Source of the DNA: Cyanobacteria bacterium P01_A01_bin.123
Lineage (GTDB): Bacteria > Cyanobacteriota > Cyanobacteriia > Phormidesmidales > Phormidesmidaceae
NCBI GenBank assembly: GCA_039815185.1
Contig: JBCBZT010000014.1
Coordinates: forward strand, 1-64,000
DNA length: 64,000 nucleotides
Direction of reading: 5' to 3'
The position numbers and the translations under genes are program-made. The notes beneath the pieces were generated by a model, which ran no database searches, had not been told where the DNA came from, and saw nothing but the letters and a program-made list of their open reading frames with translations. Positions 21,412-31,628 of this stretch are shown here, piece by piece. The stretch's first letter is position 1, and every line of letters begins with the position of its first letter.

Positions 21412-22179
21412 TCAGATCAGGTTAAAGCGGGCTGCAACTTGGGGCAATTGCCACCAAGGTACTTGGGGATAGGTATGGTGCTCGTGATGATAGCCAAAAT
21501 GGTAACAGGTTAGCAGTGAGACCAACCAGGTCAGCTGTTTATTGGGGTTCCGGTAGGGTTGATAATGGCGTCCTTTTACCCCACGATGCGGTAAAAACGT
21601 CCCAAAATAGAACAGTTGCAGCGAACTCAAAACTAGCGGCAGTGCCCAAAACAGCAGCAGGTTGAGTGGGCAAATTTGGCCAAGATAGCTGATGCCACCG
21701 ACGGTGACAGCCAATCCCGTGAACTGTTGCCAGCTCCAATATTTCCCCATGAAGTTTAAGTACCAAGGAATAAAACGGGAATCACGACCGTTATGAAAAT
21801 CGGGATCTAAGGCACATTCGGGATAGCGATGGTGGAGCCAGTGTTTGCGAACTAACTGTTTGTAGGGAAACAGGGCATAGGCATAGGCCGCGATCGCACC
21901 TAATTGATGATTAATCCGCAAATTAGACGGATAGACCACCCCATGCATGGCATCATGGGCCGTAATAAATAACCCCGTCTTCAAAAATGTTTGTCCTAAA
22001 ACGGAAACTGGGATCAGCAGGCAGGTTGAGGTAGATAGGGGAGTGGTCAACAGCCAGACCAAACTTGCCAACCAAATGCTCAAAATGATTAGCGCGATCC
22101 AAACACCTGTGGCACAACTCTGTCCTTGATGACCAACCGTTGCAGTACTCCTGGCATTGTTGAATTGGGGCATCACCAT
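21412..22179 (-). CDS. crtW: beta-carotene ketolase
   Basis: His boxes HDAMH, HWLHH, HHEHH; TGLFITAHDAMHG; DPDFH; PWWQLP. Confidence 0.88.
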   Translation of the reverse strand: MVMPQFNNARSTATVGHQGQSCATGVWIALIILSIWLASLVWLLTTPLSTSTCLLIPVSVLGQTFLKTGLFITAHDAMHGVVYPSNLRINHQLGAIAAYAYALFPYKQLVRKHWLHHRYPECALDPDFHNGRDSRFIPWYLNFMGKYWSWQQFTGLAVTVGGISYLGQICPLNLLLFWALPLVLSSLQLFYFGTFLPHRGVKGRHYQPYRNPNKQLTWLVSLLTCYHFGYHHEHHTYPQVPWWQLPQVAARFNLI

Positions 22180-22189
22180 CAATGTCGCG

Positions 22190-22516
22190 CTACATCCGCG
22201 AGAGCGCCGAAACCTTAGCGAGTTTATCTGCTGCCAATCCTTCTAGTTCATCTAAAGAGAGCAAACCATCTTTAAGCAGCATGGCAAATGCAAAAATCAG
22301 TGACGATTCTCGATCATCGTACTTACCGTCGATGTCATGCCTGCGGGCACTCAGAAAGTCGTGCAATTGCCAAATATCCTCAGCTTCTGCTAACGCTGTT
22401 GCCTGTTCACGCACTTGTTCCAACAGCACCCTAATTTCTCGTCCGTAGGCCCGCTTAAACACGTCCTGAGCCAAAGCTTTTTCTTTAGCAGACCATCCGA
22501 GCTGATTCTGTTGCAT
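22190..22516 (-). CDS. frp: fluorescence recovery protein
   Basis: WSAKEK...AYGREI...WQLHDFLSARRHDIDGKYDDR; ATG 22516 preferred over the track start. Confidence 0.93.
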   Translation of the reverse strand: MQQNQLGWSAKEKALAQDVFKRAYGREIRVLLEQVREQATALAEAEDIWQLHDFLSARRHDIDGKYDDRESSLIFAFAMLLKDGLLSLDELEGLAADKLAKVSALSRM

Positions 22517-22813
22517 TGCTAAAACTAAATGAGAACTATGTATACTTTTGTATCGTAACATAATTCTTAAGGTGCTACGGCGCTGGGAATAGTGTTGCTC
22601 AGGCCCTGAAACGTCAGGGCTCAAGGAAAACTGAGGAATGTTGAACGAGGAGAATGGGCTTATTGGCACCGTTCACCAAACGTCAACAGGATCGCCAAAG
22701 CTGAGCGCCCTAGAAGTACGCCCAGCTTTGGATCGTAATGAATTGGCATTACCGCCAATATGGCTTAGCACAAGCGAGACAAAAGCTGATCGTTACCTAA
22801 GCGCTATATGTGC

Positions 22814-23773
22814 CTATCGCACCAGATTCAGGAGTTCCTTGGGAGAAGCCAATAAGTCGATGGCAACAAAGAAGATTTTGCCTTCAGGGTTGAGCAAGAA
22901 TCGCCAGGCAATGTTCATCCCTACACTTGCACCAAACCAGGGGGTCTGGCATTTCCCTGTAACTTTGATTTGAGTGTAGCCATCATCGGCGGGTTCAGAA
23001 ACCCCGCGCTCAGGGATGAGTTTGAGATTTTGGCATTCTTCTCTCAGAAATCGCAGCACGGCCTCTTGACCGATGATAGGCTTGCGGAAGGGAGGTTGCA
23101 AAGCACCATCGGGGGCAAAGAGCTTGACCAGAGCATCAAAGTCGTTGGCATTCAGGTTGTCCATGTAGCTTTGGACTGTGTCATTGGTAATTCCTTCGAT
23201 CTTTACCTTAGTCCGCTCGTTCATGTTCTGGGGGGGAACCACAGGTTCAGAGACGCGGTTGTAGCTGCCCAGCTTGTTTACGTCGTACCCCATGTCTACT
23301 ACGGCATTGCGCAACACTGTAATTTGTTGCCCCGGATCAAGATTACGAATGGCCTGAAGTACCGCAGCCGCATTGGCAGAAAGGCGATACCCTTCAGGGA
23401 TTGGAGCAATGGCACCCGTATTCATGCCTTCTCCAAGCTGGTACCAGAAGCCCAGTTTGATGTTGGGGGACCAAACGGCATAGGTTCGACCAATCGGTGT
23501 ATCTGCCCGATTTGCTAAATCGCACATCGTTTGCGACTGTTCTTGAGGTGTCATTTGCCGAATTTCCTCCAGAGTTTTTTCGGCAAATTGCATGTTGGCA
23601 GCCCCTGTCGCAGCTGGGGTAATCGAGCTACCCATCTCAAGGTACGCAAACCAGATCAGGGCAAGCTGATCTTCCGCACTCAGTTGGGCAAATCTGGCAA
23701 TCGTTGCCGGTACGCTATCGGCTGATAACGTATTGGGGAAAATGCTCCGGGCTGAATCGATGGTAAACGGCAT
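22814..23773 (-). CDS. ocp: orange carotenoid protein (full length)
   Basis: MPFTIDSARSIFPNTL, LSAEDQLALIWFAYLEMG, C-terminal NTF2-like GALQPPF...TPWFG...MNIAWRF. Confidence 0.97.
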   Translation of the reverse strand: MPFTIDSARSIFPNTLSADSVPATIARFAQLSAEDQLALIWFAYLEMGSSITPAATGAANMQFAEKTLEEIRQMTPQEQSQTMCDLANRADTPIGRTYAVWSPNIKLGFWYQLGEGMNTGAIAPIPEGYRLSANAAAVLQAIRNLDPGQQITVLRNAVVDMGYDVNKLGSYNRVSEPVVPPQNMNERTKVKIEGITNDTVQSYMDNLNANDFDALVKLFAPDGALQPPFRKPIIGQEAVLRFLREECQNLKLIPERGVSEPADDGYTQIKVTGKCQTPWFGASVGMNIAWRFLLNPEGKIFFVAIDLLASPKELLNLVR

Positions 23774-24095
23774 GTTCAAACCTTGATATAGTTCAAAAGT
23801 ACAGAGTCAATAGTCCGCAACAAAAATTAACTCTATGGTGACATGATGACTTAAATAGCTCCATAGGACAACCGGGAAGGCTCAGTTTGAGCCGGAAAAA
23901 GCAGAGAAAATATTAATGGAAGTCATTAATAATGGCTCTACCCAAATCAGCAGCATTGATGATTTGAAGCGGGCTATCGATGTCTAGCCTCCATGGCTGG
24001 TGGCGGTAGCTGATGGATAAGTCTTTGGAATCAAGACAGAAAAGGGTTTGCTAAGCTGAAGACGCCCTGATGTGTAGTATTTAAGACTTGCCTGT

Positions 24096-24929
24096 ATGCA
24101 CTGGCTACTTTCGGGCCCGCTAACGGTTGAAACGGTTTCTGTTCCAATTCGAGGGTTGCCGCCAGCATTACAAGGTCTGCGGCTGGTACAGCTCTCTGAT
24201 TTTCACTACGACGGTGTGCGCCTATCTGAGGCGATGCTGAGGGCCGTCATCGCCCGAACCAATGCGCTCACCCCAGACTTGGTCGTGCTCACGGGGGATT
24301 TTGTTACCCATGAACCCGAGCCTATTTATACTTTGGCACGTAAGCTGAGACAAATTGAAAGTCGATACGGCACCTACGCTATTCTAGGCAACCACGATCT
24401 TTTTATGCCCGTGTCTCGTCAGGTGATTACTCAGGCCCTAGAGCGGGCGAAGATTCAGGTGCTTTGGAACGCGATCGCCTATCCGGTTGGCCCCGACTTA
24501 CCCCTAGTCGGCATGGCCGACTTTTGGTCAGGTGACTTTCACCCAACCCGAGTGTTTGATCAACTCGATCCTGATTTGCCCCGCTTAGTGTTGTCTCACA
24601 ACCCAGACACTGCTGCTGTGCTGAAGCCCTGGCGGGTTGATTTGCAATTGTCGGGGCATACCCATGGTGGTCAGATTGTGTTGCCAGGATTGGGGGCAGC
24701 TCCCCTGGTGTTGAGGCGATTTCGTCCCTATGTTCCCCGCTGGATGAGGGAACATATCCCGTTCATGAGTGACAGATGTGTCCGCGTTGTGCGCCATTGG
24801 GAATGGGCTCAGGGCTTACATCGGGTGGGAGAAAACTGGCTCTATGTAAATCGCGGATTGGGTACCTATGCCCCGGGTCGGCTTTTTTGTCCCCCCGAGT
24901 TGACATTGTTGACTTTGGTGAGGGCCTAA
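24096..24929 (+). CDS. metallophosphoesterase
   Basis: SDFH, TGDF, GNHD, SHNPD, GHTHGGQ, NRGLG. Confidence 0.92.
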   Translation: MHWLLSGPLTVETVSVPIRGLPPALQGLRLVQLSDFHYDGVRLSEAMLRAVIARTNALTPDLVVLTGDFVTHEPEPIYTLARKLRQIESRYGTYAILGNHDLFMPVSRQVITQALERAKIQVLWNAIAYPVGPDLPLVGMADFWSGDFHPTRVFDQLDPDLPRLVLSHNPDTAAVLKPWRVDLQLSGHTHGGQIVLPGLGAAPLVLRRFRPYVPRWMREHIPFMSDRCVRVVRHWEWAQGLHRVGENWLYVNRGLGTYAPGRLFCPPELTLLTLVRA

Positions 24930-24945
24930 CGAAAACCAGTTGAAC

Positions 24946-25012
24946 AAAAACCGGGTTGCTCATCCATGGGGTTTGGTCAAATCAAGCTGCTTTTGTCAGA
25001 AACCCGGTTGCT
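24946..25012. repeat. short dispersed repeat with AAACC(C/G)GGTT arms
   Basis: AAAAACCGGGTTGCT...AGAAACCCGGTTGCT; related palindromes at 32579-32593 and 37438-37452. Confidence 0.55.
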
Positions 25013-25031
25013 AGATTGAGCTTTGGTGTGT

Positions 25032-25268
25032 CTACTCGCGAGTCAAATATTTAGTCAAAATTGCCATGACCTCGCCGGGGCGTCCCGTGGGTAGGGGTTT
25101 GCTCCAGCTGTTGGGTTCTGAGTGACCGCGTTTGTGCAAGTTGAGAATCTCTGAGCGCACCCCTTCAAGGGAACCCAGCAAAATATGACGAAGGGGTTCA
25201 CGGGTAGGTAAAGTTTCGGCAGCAGAAACTGTGGGCGCAGATGCGTCCTGACTGGAAGATTGGAACAT
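25032..25268 (-). CDS. small cyanobacterial hypothetical protein
   Basis: REPLRHILLGS...LHKRGHSE..SWSKPLPTGRPGEVMAILTK resembles a widespread uncharacterised cyanobacterial family (from memory). Confidence 0.7.
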   Translation of the reverse strand: MFQSSSQDASAPTVSAAETLPTREPLRHILLGSLEGVRSEILNLHKRGHSEPNSWSKPLPTGRPGEVMAILTKYLTRE

Positions 25269-25448
25269 TTTGAATTTAGACCTTTAGAGGAGTGTATAGG
25301 TTTGGGGCATTGCATAAGGCACCGATTAGCGGCAAATGCTTTGCTAGAGCAACAATGGGCATCGCAACCGCACAGCGCCTCAAAAAGCGTTGTAATAGTT
25401 GCGATGAAAGAACAAAGATGCTTAAGAGTATGCCTGATCGCATATCCT

Positions 25449-25477
25449 ATGATGACCGTTGAACGGACAAAAGTCAA
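25449..25477 (-). promoter_or_regulatory. sigma70-type promoter with palindromic operator in the spacer
   Basis: Minus strand TTGACT-N17-CATCAT; imperfect palindrome TGACCGTT-G-AACGGACA at 25453-25469. Confidence 0.55.
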
Positions 25478-25483
25478 GTGAGC

Positions 25484-25999
25484 TTATGATTGTTCTGCAG
25501 GAACGTGATCTGAAGGGGGTTGAAAGTTTGCTTGCTTGGCAATCAGCTCTAGAAACTTGAGTTTAGAGCGGTCGGGATCGTAAACCCCGTTTTCCCACTC
25601 GCTCACCGTTTGGCGGCGAACGCCTAGTTCTTCGGCAAATTGGGCTTGGGTCAGCTTCATATGTTTGCGCAGGGCTTTGATGGCGTCTTGGTGCCATACA
25701 ATTTCGCCGTCGGTTTTGCGCTCGATATGATAACTTGCCTCGAATTTATGGAAGGTAACCGTCTGTTGCTCCAAATCAACAGCGTTGACCTGATATGCGG
25801 CACTAATCCAAGCTCCCGCTTGCAGAGCACTGGCACTGTCTCGGTTACTCCACCAGTTTCTTTTGCTGCGGGCTGAAGTCGGTAGGGGTTTATCTATGAT
25901 GGCTTCAATCTCAGCGAAAGTCAGCGCTGTTTCGGGGTGTTGACAGCGCTGTAAATGCTCAAATAGAGGATAGTACTTGCTGCCCGGTTTGATCGTCAT
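25484..25999 (-). CDS. XRE helix-turn-helix regulator with an additional N-terminal domain (DUF7662-like)
   Basis: C-terminal IKALRKHMKLTQAQFAEELGVRRQTVSEWENG; N-terminal SKYYPL...LTFAEIEAII..PLP.SA....WWSN. Confidence 0.82.
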   Translation of the reverse strand: MTIKPGSKYYPLFEHLQRCQHPETALTFAEIEAIIDKPLPTSARSKRNWWSNRDSASALQAGAWISAAYQVNAVDLEQQTVTFHKFEASYHIERKTDGEIVWHQDAIKALRKHMKLTQAQFAEELGVRRQTVSEWENGVYDPDRSKLKFLELIAKQANFQPPSDHVPAEQS

Positions 26000-26087
26000 A
26001 AAAGGTCGGCAGCGGATTGCGCTTCAAGGTTTATGGCCAATAGCACCTCTGGCTGTGACTGCTGGAATTGTACTGTGAGATTTGGTT

Positions 26088-26157
26088 CGGGGGGGAGGGG
26101 GGAGGGAGAGATGAGGGAGGGAGAGATGAGGCAGGGGGAGATGGGGGAAGGGGGGGA
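26088..26157. repeat. G/A-rich low-complexity repeat
   Basis: GAGGGAGAGATGAGG-type repeats and G-runs. Confidence 0.7.
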
Positions 26158-26174
26158 TTAGAGACGATTTGGCC

Positions 26175-26205
26175 AAAAAAACTCCCTGACTGTTGCCAGG
26201 GAGTT
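26175..26205 (-). terminator. rho-independent terminator
   Basis: Minus strand ACTCCCTG-gcaacagt-CAGGGAGT-TTTTTT. Confidence 0.8.
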
Positions 26206-26375
26206 GACGTGTGTGTTGCAGATTCACTAAACAGGAGAGAGTCTCATGGTCTGGTACAGCTGCATTCAGCCGCCACAGATGCAGTCACCGTTGGGCTTTG
26301 AAAGGCCGATTAGGTTTGTGCTTTTTGGGATTAGCCATAGCGTACCCAAGCAGATGGTGCGATCAACATCTGCCC

Positions 26376-27419
26376 TCAAGCTTCTTCTAATCCACGATTT
26401 TGTAACAGACGTTTGCGGCGTTGGCGGGCGATCGCTTGCAGATTAACCGTGCGGTCGGTTTCGTCTACAATCTCTCCGGTCAAGACTTCTAGCACATCTT
26501 CTAAAGTGACCACCCCAGATACGCCCCCGTATTCATCTACCACCACCATCAAATGGGCACGGGCGGCTTGAAAGGTTTTGAGTAAATGATCTGCCCGTTC
26601 ACTTTCTGGAATGAACCGCGCCGGACGGACAAAATGCTTTACGGGTTCTGCGCCGCGCCCGCGCACTAGGGCAATCAGCAGCTCATCTTTGAGTGTCAGT
26701 CCGGCAATGTGATCAATGTCGGCTTCGATGACCAAGATGCGAGTATGCTGAGAGGCAATGATATCTTCTTGCAAATCTTGAAGCCGGGCATCTCCGGGAA
26801 TATAGGTGAGGGCCACGCGGGGGGTCATCAGCGCTGAAGCTGGCAAGTCGTTGAGTTGAAACACGCGCTGAATCATATCGGCTTCGTCGTCTTCAATGAT
26901 GCCTTCTTGGTAGCCGAGGCGGGCCAACAGCTTAATCTCTGCTTCGTTAGTAATTGGCTGACGATTGCCCTGGACAAAAGGCTTGGTCAGTTGTTCAAGT
27001 AGCCACACTAGCGGCGAAAATAACCAAGTTAATCCCTGTACCGGAATCGCCGTTGCCATGCCAATGGGGATGGCATAACGTTCGCCCAGGGTTTTGGGTA
27101 CAATCTCGGCAAACATAATGATCAGCAAGGTCAGCACTGCTGAAAATACTCCCAGCAGCGCATCGCCCAACACCACACCGGCCAATCGGCCAATTACAAT
27201 GCTGCCGACGATATTGAAGACATTATTGAGCACCACAATCGTGGCAATGGGGCGGTTAATTTGCTTACGGATGTTAAACAGCGCCACGGCCGCCTGTTTT
27301 TTAGATTGGGCCAGCTGTCGGGCTGTGAGCAAAGACACTGAAAGCAGAGCGGTTTCAGTGCCAGAACAGAGAGCCGACCCAAAAATGACAACTAAAACCG
27401 CGATCGCGAGTTGAAGCAT
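26376..27419 (-). CDS. CNNM/hemolysin family CBS-domain protein
   Basis: SGTETALLS, FAEIVPK, LMTPR, VVDEYGGVSGVVTLEDVLEVLTGEIVDE. Confidence 0.92.
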   Translation of the reverse strand: MLQLAIAVLVVIFGSALCSGTETALLSVSLLTARQLAQSKKQAAVALFNIRKQINRPIATIVVLNNVFNIVGSIVIGRLAGVVLGDALLGVFSAVLTLLIIMFAEIVPKTLGERYAIPIGMATAIPVQGLTWLFSPLVWLLEQLTKPFVQGNRQPITNEAEIKLLARLGYQEGIIEDDEADMIQRVFQLNDLPASALMTPRVALTYIPGDARLQDLQEDIIASQHTRILVIEADIDHIAGLTLKDELLIALVRGRGAEPVKHFVRPARFIPESERADHLLKTFQAARAHLMVVVDEYGGVSGVVTLEDVLEVLTGEIVDETDRTVNLQAIARQRRKRLLQNRGLEEA

Positions 27420-27611
27420 AACCGCTCAAAATACTTTGCGCTTAAAATGTTTGAAAAAATAGCTCAGGCACACCCCAAGTTCTCCTTAACATTGTCCCCA
27501 TCGGTACTCATTAAAACTGTAGCCCCACGCTAACGCTGCTAAAATCCGGCTATCTTAAGACTATCTGACATTACCTCAAACCCTGACCTATCGCCTCCTG
27601 ACCTATCGCCT

Positions 27612-29507
27612 ATGAGTGACATTATCCTAGACGTTCGCAATCTGACGGTTCAGTTTCAAGGGGATGGCGTAACCCTGACGGCGGTCAACGATATTTCTTT
27701 TCAGGTGGCGCGGGGGCAAACCCTGGGGATTGTGGGCGAATCAGGATCGGGCAAATCAGTCACGTCCTTAGCCGTGATGGGCTTGGTGCCCAGCCCACCC
27801 GGGGAAATCACCAGCGGTGAAATTCGGTTTCGTAAACCCGATACGGATGCCCTTGATTTGCGATCGCTCTCAGAATCTGAGATGCAGGACTATCGCGGGG
27901 GTCAGGTATCGATGATCTTTCAGGAGCCGATGAGTTCCCTCAATCCGGTCTACACTTGCGGCTTTCAGCTGAGTGAAGCAATCCGGCAACACTGCCCGAT
28001 GTCCAAAATAGAGGCGCAAAAGCTGGCGATCGCGCGGTTGCAGGAGGTAAAGCTACTGCCCAGCGATGACGAACTGCGGGCTCAAGTCGAAGCAGAAGGC
28101 ACAAAAGATAGCGCTGAGATTAATCAAGCCGTTGATCGACGCAAACAAAGCATTCTCAACCGCTATCCCCACGAACTTTCTGGTGGGCAGCTACAGCGGG
28201 TGATGATTGCCATGGCGATCGCCTGTAACCCGTCACTCCTGATTGCGGATGAACCGACGACGGCCCTGGATGTAACCGTACAGGCGGCCATTCTGGATCT
28301 ACTGCGAGAATTGCGCGATCGCCGGGGCATGTCGATGATTTTCATCACCCATGACTTAGGCATCATCGCCGAAATCGCCGATCAGGTCGCAGTCATGTAC
28401 CAGGGCAATATTTTGGAGTCTGGCAGCGTCCTAGAAATTTTTGCTGACCCCCAACATCCTTACACGAAGGGGTTGCTGGCCTGTCGTCCTCAACCCCATC
28501 AAAGGCTGCGGTTTTTGCCGACCGTAGCCGACTATATGGAAGAGATCACGACGCCAGAAGGGGAAGTGAAACTCCAGGCAAAACCCCAAGATGTTGCGAA
28601 CGCCCGCCACAACATTGTGATCAGCGACGATGATATGGCGACCCGTCTAACCCAACTTGAAAAACAGGGCCCGCTGTTAGCGGTGCAAGACTTTCGGGTG
28701 GGTTATCCCATCCGCGGAATTTTTGGCCAGACAGAACGCTATGTGATGGCGGTCAACGGCGTCTCCTTTGAGGTGTACAGTGGTGAAACCTTTGGCCTAG
28801 TGGGTGAATCAGGTTGCGGCAAGACTACCCTGGGGCGGGCCTTATTGAATCTGATCAAACCCATGGGGGGTCGGGTAATTTTTGAAGGGCGTGATGTCCA
28901 CCAACTCAGCGCTAAAGCCATGCGGCAACTGCGCCGCGACATGCAAATTATCTTTCAAGATCCCTTTAGTTCGTTGGATCCGCGCATGAGCATTGGGGCT
29001 GCGATCGCCGAACCGTTGCGCATCCATGGCGTGATCAAAAGCAAGCGCAACCGCCGAGAACGGGTTGCCTATCTGCTAGAACGGGTTGACTTGCCATCGG
29101 GCTGTATGAATCGTTTTCCCCATGAGTTTTCGGGGGGGCAGCGACAGCGGGTGTGTATTGCCCGGGCTCTGGCCCTCAATCCCAAGTTCATCATTTGCGA
29201 TGAGTCGGTGTCGGCATTGGACGTGTCGGTACAGGCTCAAGTGCTTAACCTGCTCAAAGAACTCCAGGCCGAGTTTAACCTGACCTACATCTTTATTTCC
29301 CACGACCTCAGCGTGGTGAAATTCATGAGCGATCGGATCATGGTGATGAATCAAGGCAAGGTCGAAGAAATTGGCCCCGCCGAAACCATCTATCGCAACC
29401 CGCAGCGGGAGTACACCCAGCAACTCATTGCCTCTATCCCGATCGGTAGTTTAGAGCGGATCAAGACCTTGCAGCAGGCACGGGTGCAGCCAAAAGTCGC
29501 TAGTTAA
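27612..29507 (+). CDS. peptide/nickel ABC transporter ATP-binding protein (two fused ATPase domains)
   Basis: [18 protein letters not shown] and [18 protein letters not shown]. Confidence 0.93.
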   Translation: MSDIILDVRNLTVQFQGDGVTLTAVNDISFQVARGQTLGIVGESGSGKSVTSLAVMGLVPSPPGEITSGEIRFRKPDTDALDLRSLSESEMQDYRGGQVSMIFQEPMSSLNPVYTCGFQLSEAIRQHCPMSKIEAQKLAIARLQEVKLLPSDDELRAQVEAEGTKDSAEINQAVDRRKQSILNRYPHELSGGQLQRVMIAMAIACNPSLLIADEPTTALDVTVQAAILDLLRELRDRRGMSMIFITHDLGIIAEIADQVAVMYQGNILESGSVLEIFADPQHPYTKGLLACRPQPHQRLRFLPTVADYMEEITTPEGEVKLQAKPQDVANARHNIVISDDDMATRLTQLEKQGPLLAVQDFRVGYPIRGIFGQTERYVMAVNGVSFEVYSGETFGLVGESGCGKTTLGRALLNLIKPMGGRVIFEGRDVHQLSAKAMRQLRRDMQIIFQDPFSSLDPRMSIGAAIAEPLRIHGVIKSKRNRRERVAYLLERVDLPSGCMNRFPHEFSGGQRQRVCIARALALNPKFIICDESVSALDVSVQAQVLNLLKELQAEFNLTYIFISHDLSVVKFMSDRIMVMNQGKVEEIGPAETIYRNPQREYTQQLIASIPIGSLERIKTLQQARVQPKVAS

Positions 29508-29515
29508 TCTATGTA

Positions 29516-30667
29516 CTACCCCTCCGTGCGCCCTGTGCCGTACATAAATTGTGAGGTTTCACCTAAACTTTGACCGTGTTTCCAGAGATGCATGCCAAGG
29601 GCAAGCTGATTACCTTCCCAGTCGGCTAAAGCATTTGCAACATCGTGGTTATGGGCGACGAGGGCGTCTACTAATGCGATCGCATTGGCGGCGGCTTTTG
29701 AGGTGCTGGCCGCAGTGTGAGGACGGGGAATAAAGGCGGCATCGCCAACGAGGGCAATGCGATCAAATGCCATTTGCGGTACGCCTAGATCCAGAATGGC
29801 CTGCACAAACGGTTCTTGGGTTGCGGTCAGCAGTTTCTGAAAGGGTGGCACCAGGACGCGATCGCCGTAGGCTCTCATTTCCTGTTCAACCGCTGGGGCC
29901 ATCATGCCTGGCGGGACGGAATAATCTCGGCGTTTACCCTGCTTATCGGTCAGGATGTGGGGCAATTCGGTTTTCTCATCGTAATTGACATACCAAACCC
30001 AGTTAAACCGACGCTTTCCTGGCATTAGCGACTCATCTTCTCCTGGAATCACATATTGCAAAATATGGGAATTCGGAAATTGATAGAACACAAAGCGTTC
30101 TGTGAAAATCGCCGCCATTTCTGGATCTAGATCGGGTTCATCCACCAAACCGCGATAGCCCACATAACCTGCATATTCAGGCGTATACGTCGGCAACAGC
30201 AGTTGACGCAGGGTGGAATTGGGGCCATCGGCACCAAGCAATAAATCGCCCGTTTCACGGGCACCATCAGCAAAAATTGCTGTAATCTGATTGTCTTCTC
30301 GTTGAAAATTCGTCAGCACTTTTCCCTGGTGATAGTGCTCATCTGGGAAATGCCGTCGCATGGCACCATAGAGCAAATTCCAAGACGTTAACGTTTGACG
30401 CATCGGCATTTGCTGAATGCGGCCATTTTGCTTCAGGTAATAACGTTCGCGGGCGACTACGCCTAGAGCATCAACGGGAATGCCAGCCCTTTGAAAGGCC
30501 TCAACCACATCTGGCTGCAGCACAACGCCGCCCCCACGACTATCGAGGGTATGGGGCGATCGCTCGTAAATGTCTACTTTCCATCCAATGCTGCGCAGGA
30601 GGGTTCCGGCAAATAGACCCGCTAACGATCCGCCAATCACAATGGCGCGATGATCGGTTGGATTCAT
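29516..30667 (-). CDS. FAD-dependent monooxygenase (2,6-dihydroxypyridine hydroxylase-like)
   Basis: VIGGSLAG, GADGPNS, YAGYVGYRG, RFNWVWY, LVGDAAFIPRPH; GGAGG RBS before ATG 30667. Confidence 0.85.
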   Translation of the reverse strand: MNPTDHRAIVIGGSLAGLFAGTLLRSIGWKVDIYERSPHTLDSRGGGVVLQPDVVEAFQRAGIPVDALGVVARERYYLKQNGRIQQMPMRQTLTSWNLLYGAMRRHFPDEHYHQGKVLTNFQREDNQITAIFADGARETGDLLLGADGPNSTLRQLLLPTYTPEYAGYVGYRGLVDEPDLDPEMAAIFTERFVFYQFPNSHILQYVIPGEDESLMPGKRRFNWVWYVNYDEKTELPHILTDKQGKRRDYSVPPGMMAPAVEQEMRAYGDRVLVPPFQKLLTATQEPFVQAILDLGVPQMAFDRIALVGDAAFIPRPHTAASTSKAAANAIALVDALVAHNHDVANALADWEGNQLALGMHLWKHGQSLGETSQFMYGTGRTEG

Positions 30668-30695
30668 CTCATGTCCTCCAGATATTTTTATGTTG

Positions 30696-30753
30696 GCCAC
30701 TTTGCTAAAAGCACCGAGTATCGCTGGGGTGCTTGACATAGAAGCAAAGTGGC
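30696..30753 (-). repeat. 58-bp element, copy A (11-bp terminal inverted repeats)
   Basis: GCCACTTTGCT...AGCAAAGTGGC; aligns without gaps to copies B and C. Confidence 0.85.
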
Positions 30754-30795
30754 TTGCAGTCTTGCCCTCACAGGACTAGCGACTGCCATGTGTTG

Positions 30796-30853
30796 GCCAG
30801 ATTGCTGAATGCCTCAAGTGTCACTGGAATGCTTGGCAACCCAGCAATCTGGC
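30796..30853 (-). repeat. 58-bp element, copy B
   Basis: GCCAGATTGCT...AGCAATCTGGC; exactly 100 bp from copy A and 7 bp after the DsbA stop. Confidence 0.85.
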
Positions 30854-30860
30854 TAGAAGA

Positions 30861-31514
30861 TTAGCGATTTGTCACGCTCAGTTGATCAATCGCCGTTTGC
30901 AGGGCATTGACCAAAACCTCAAGGGGTTGTGCCCCAACAACTGTCTGATTGCCAATCTGAATCGTGGGCACACTGCGAACGCCCCGCGCCGCCGCTTGTC
31001 GTTCTAGTGCTCGGATGTCTTGAATACCTTCAGTGGCTTGCAAAAAAGCGCTGACTTGCTCAACATCCAGCCCCACCTCACTGGCTAGGGTCATCAGCGT
31101 GTCTACATCGCCAATATTCTGACCCTCATGGAAGTAGGCCCGCAGAATCCGTTCTGCCATTTCGGTGGCTTTACCCTGTTGACCAGCCAACTGGGTGAGG
31201 CGGTGAGCTTTGAGGGTGTTGGGGGTGAATTCCATCAGATCGTAGCGAAACTCAATGTCGTCATTCTCAGCGGCTTGGATCGTTTGGGCATCGAGCTGTT
31301 GAGAATAGGCCCAACTGCCAAACTTGTTGCTGCGGTAGGTTTTGCGATCGATGCCAGCCGCTGGCATGTCTGGGTTTAACTCAAACGGGTACCAAATCCA
31401 CTCAATATCAACGGCAGGCTGGAGTTGTTCAATGGTGCGGCGCAGGCGTGTTTCTGCAACCCAACACCAGGGACAAATGAAATCTGAGGTAACGCTAATC
31501 GGTAACTTCGTCAT
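30861..31514 (-). CDS. DsbA family oxidoreductase (FrnE-like)
   Basis: SDFICPWC, PFELNP, PNTLKAHRL, GVRSVP. Confidence 0.9.
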   Translation of the reverse strand: MTKLPISVTSDFICPWCWVAETRLRRTIEQLQPAVDIEWIWYPFELNPDMPAAGIDRKTYRSNKFGSWAYSQQLDAQTIQAAENDDIEFRYDLMEFTPNTLKAHRLTQLAGQQGKATEMAERILRAYFHEGQNIGDVDTLMTLASEVGLDVEQVSAFLQATEGIQDIRALERQAAARGVRSVPTIQIGNQTVVGAQPLEVLVNALQTAIDQLSVTNR

Positions 31515-31628
31515 GATTCTCTCGACCTAATTGCGATGGTTCTACGATAATCCCATTCACAAGCAATGTTAATATGGCTGCCATGCCAAAGACCTTTGCG
31601 TTTTTTGCAAAAGTGGAGCGATTCAAAA

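Noticed and set aside
27582..27611. 15-bp direct repeat CCTGACCTATCGCCT x2 before the ABC ATPase start
   Set aside because: A simple two-copy duplication with no supporting evidence of function.
30696..30853. Classical integron attC sites
   Set aside because: Size is similar, but the RYYYAAC/GTTRRRY boxes are not evident and no IntI gene is in the window; kept only as an analogy.
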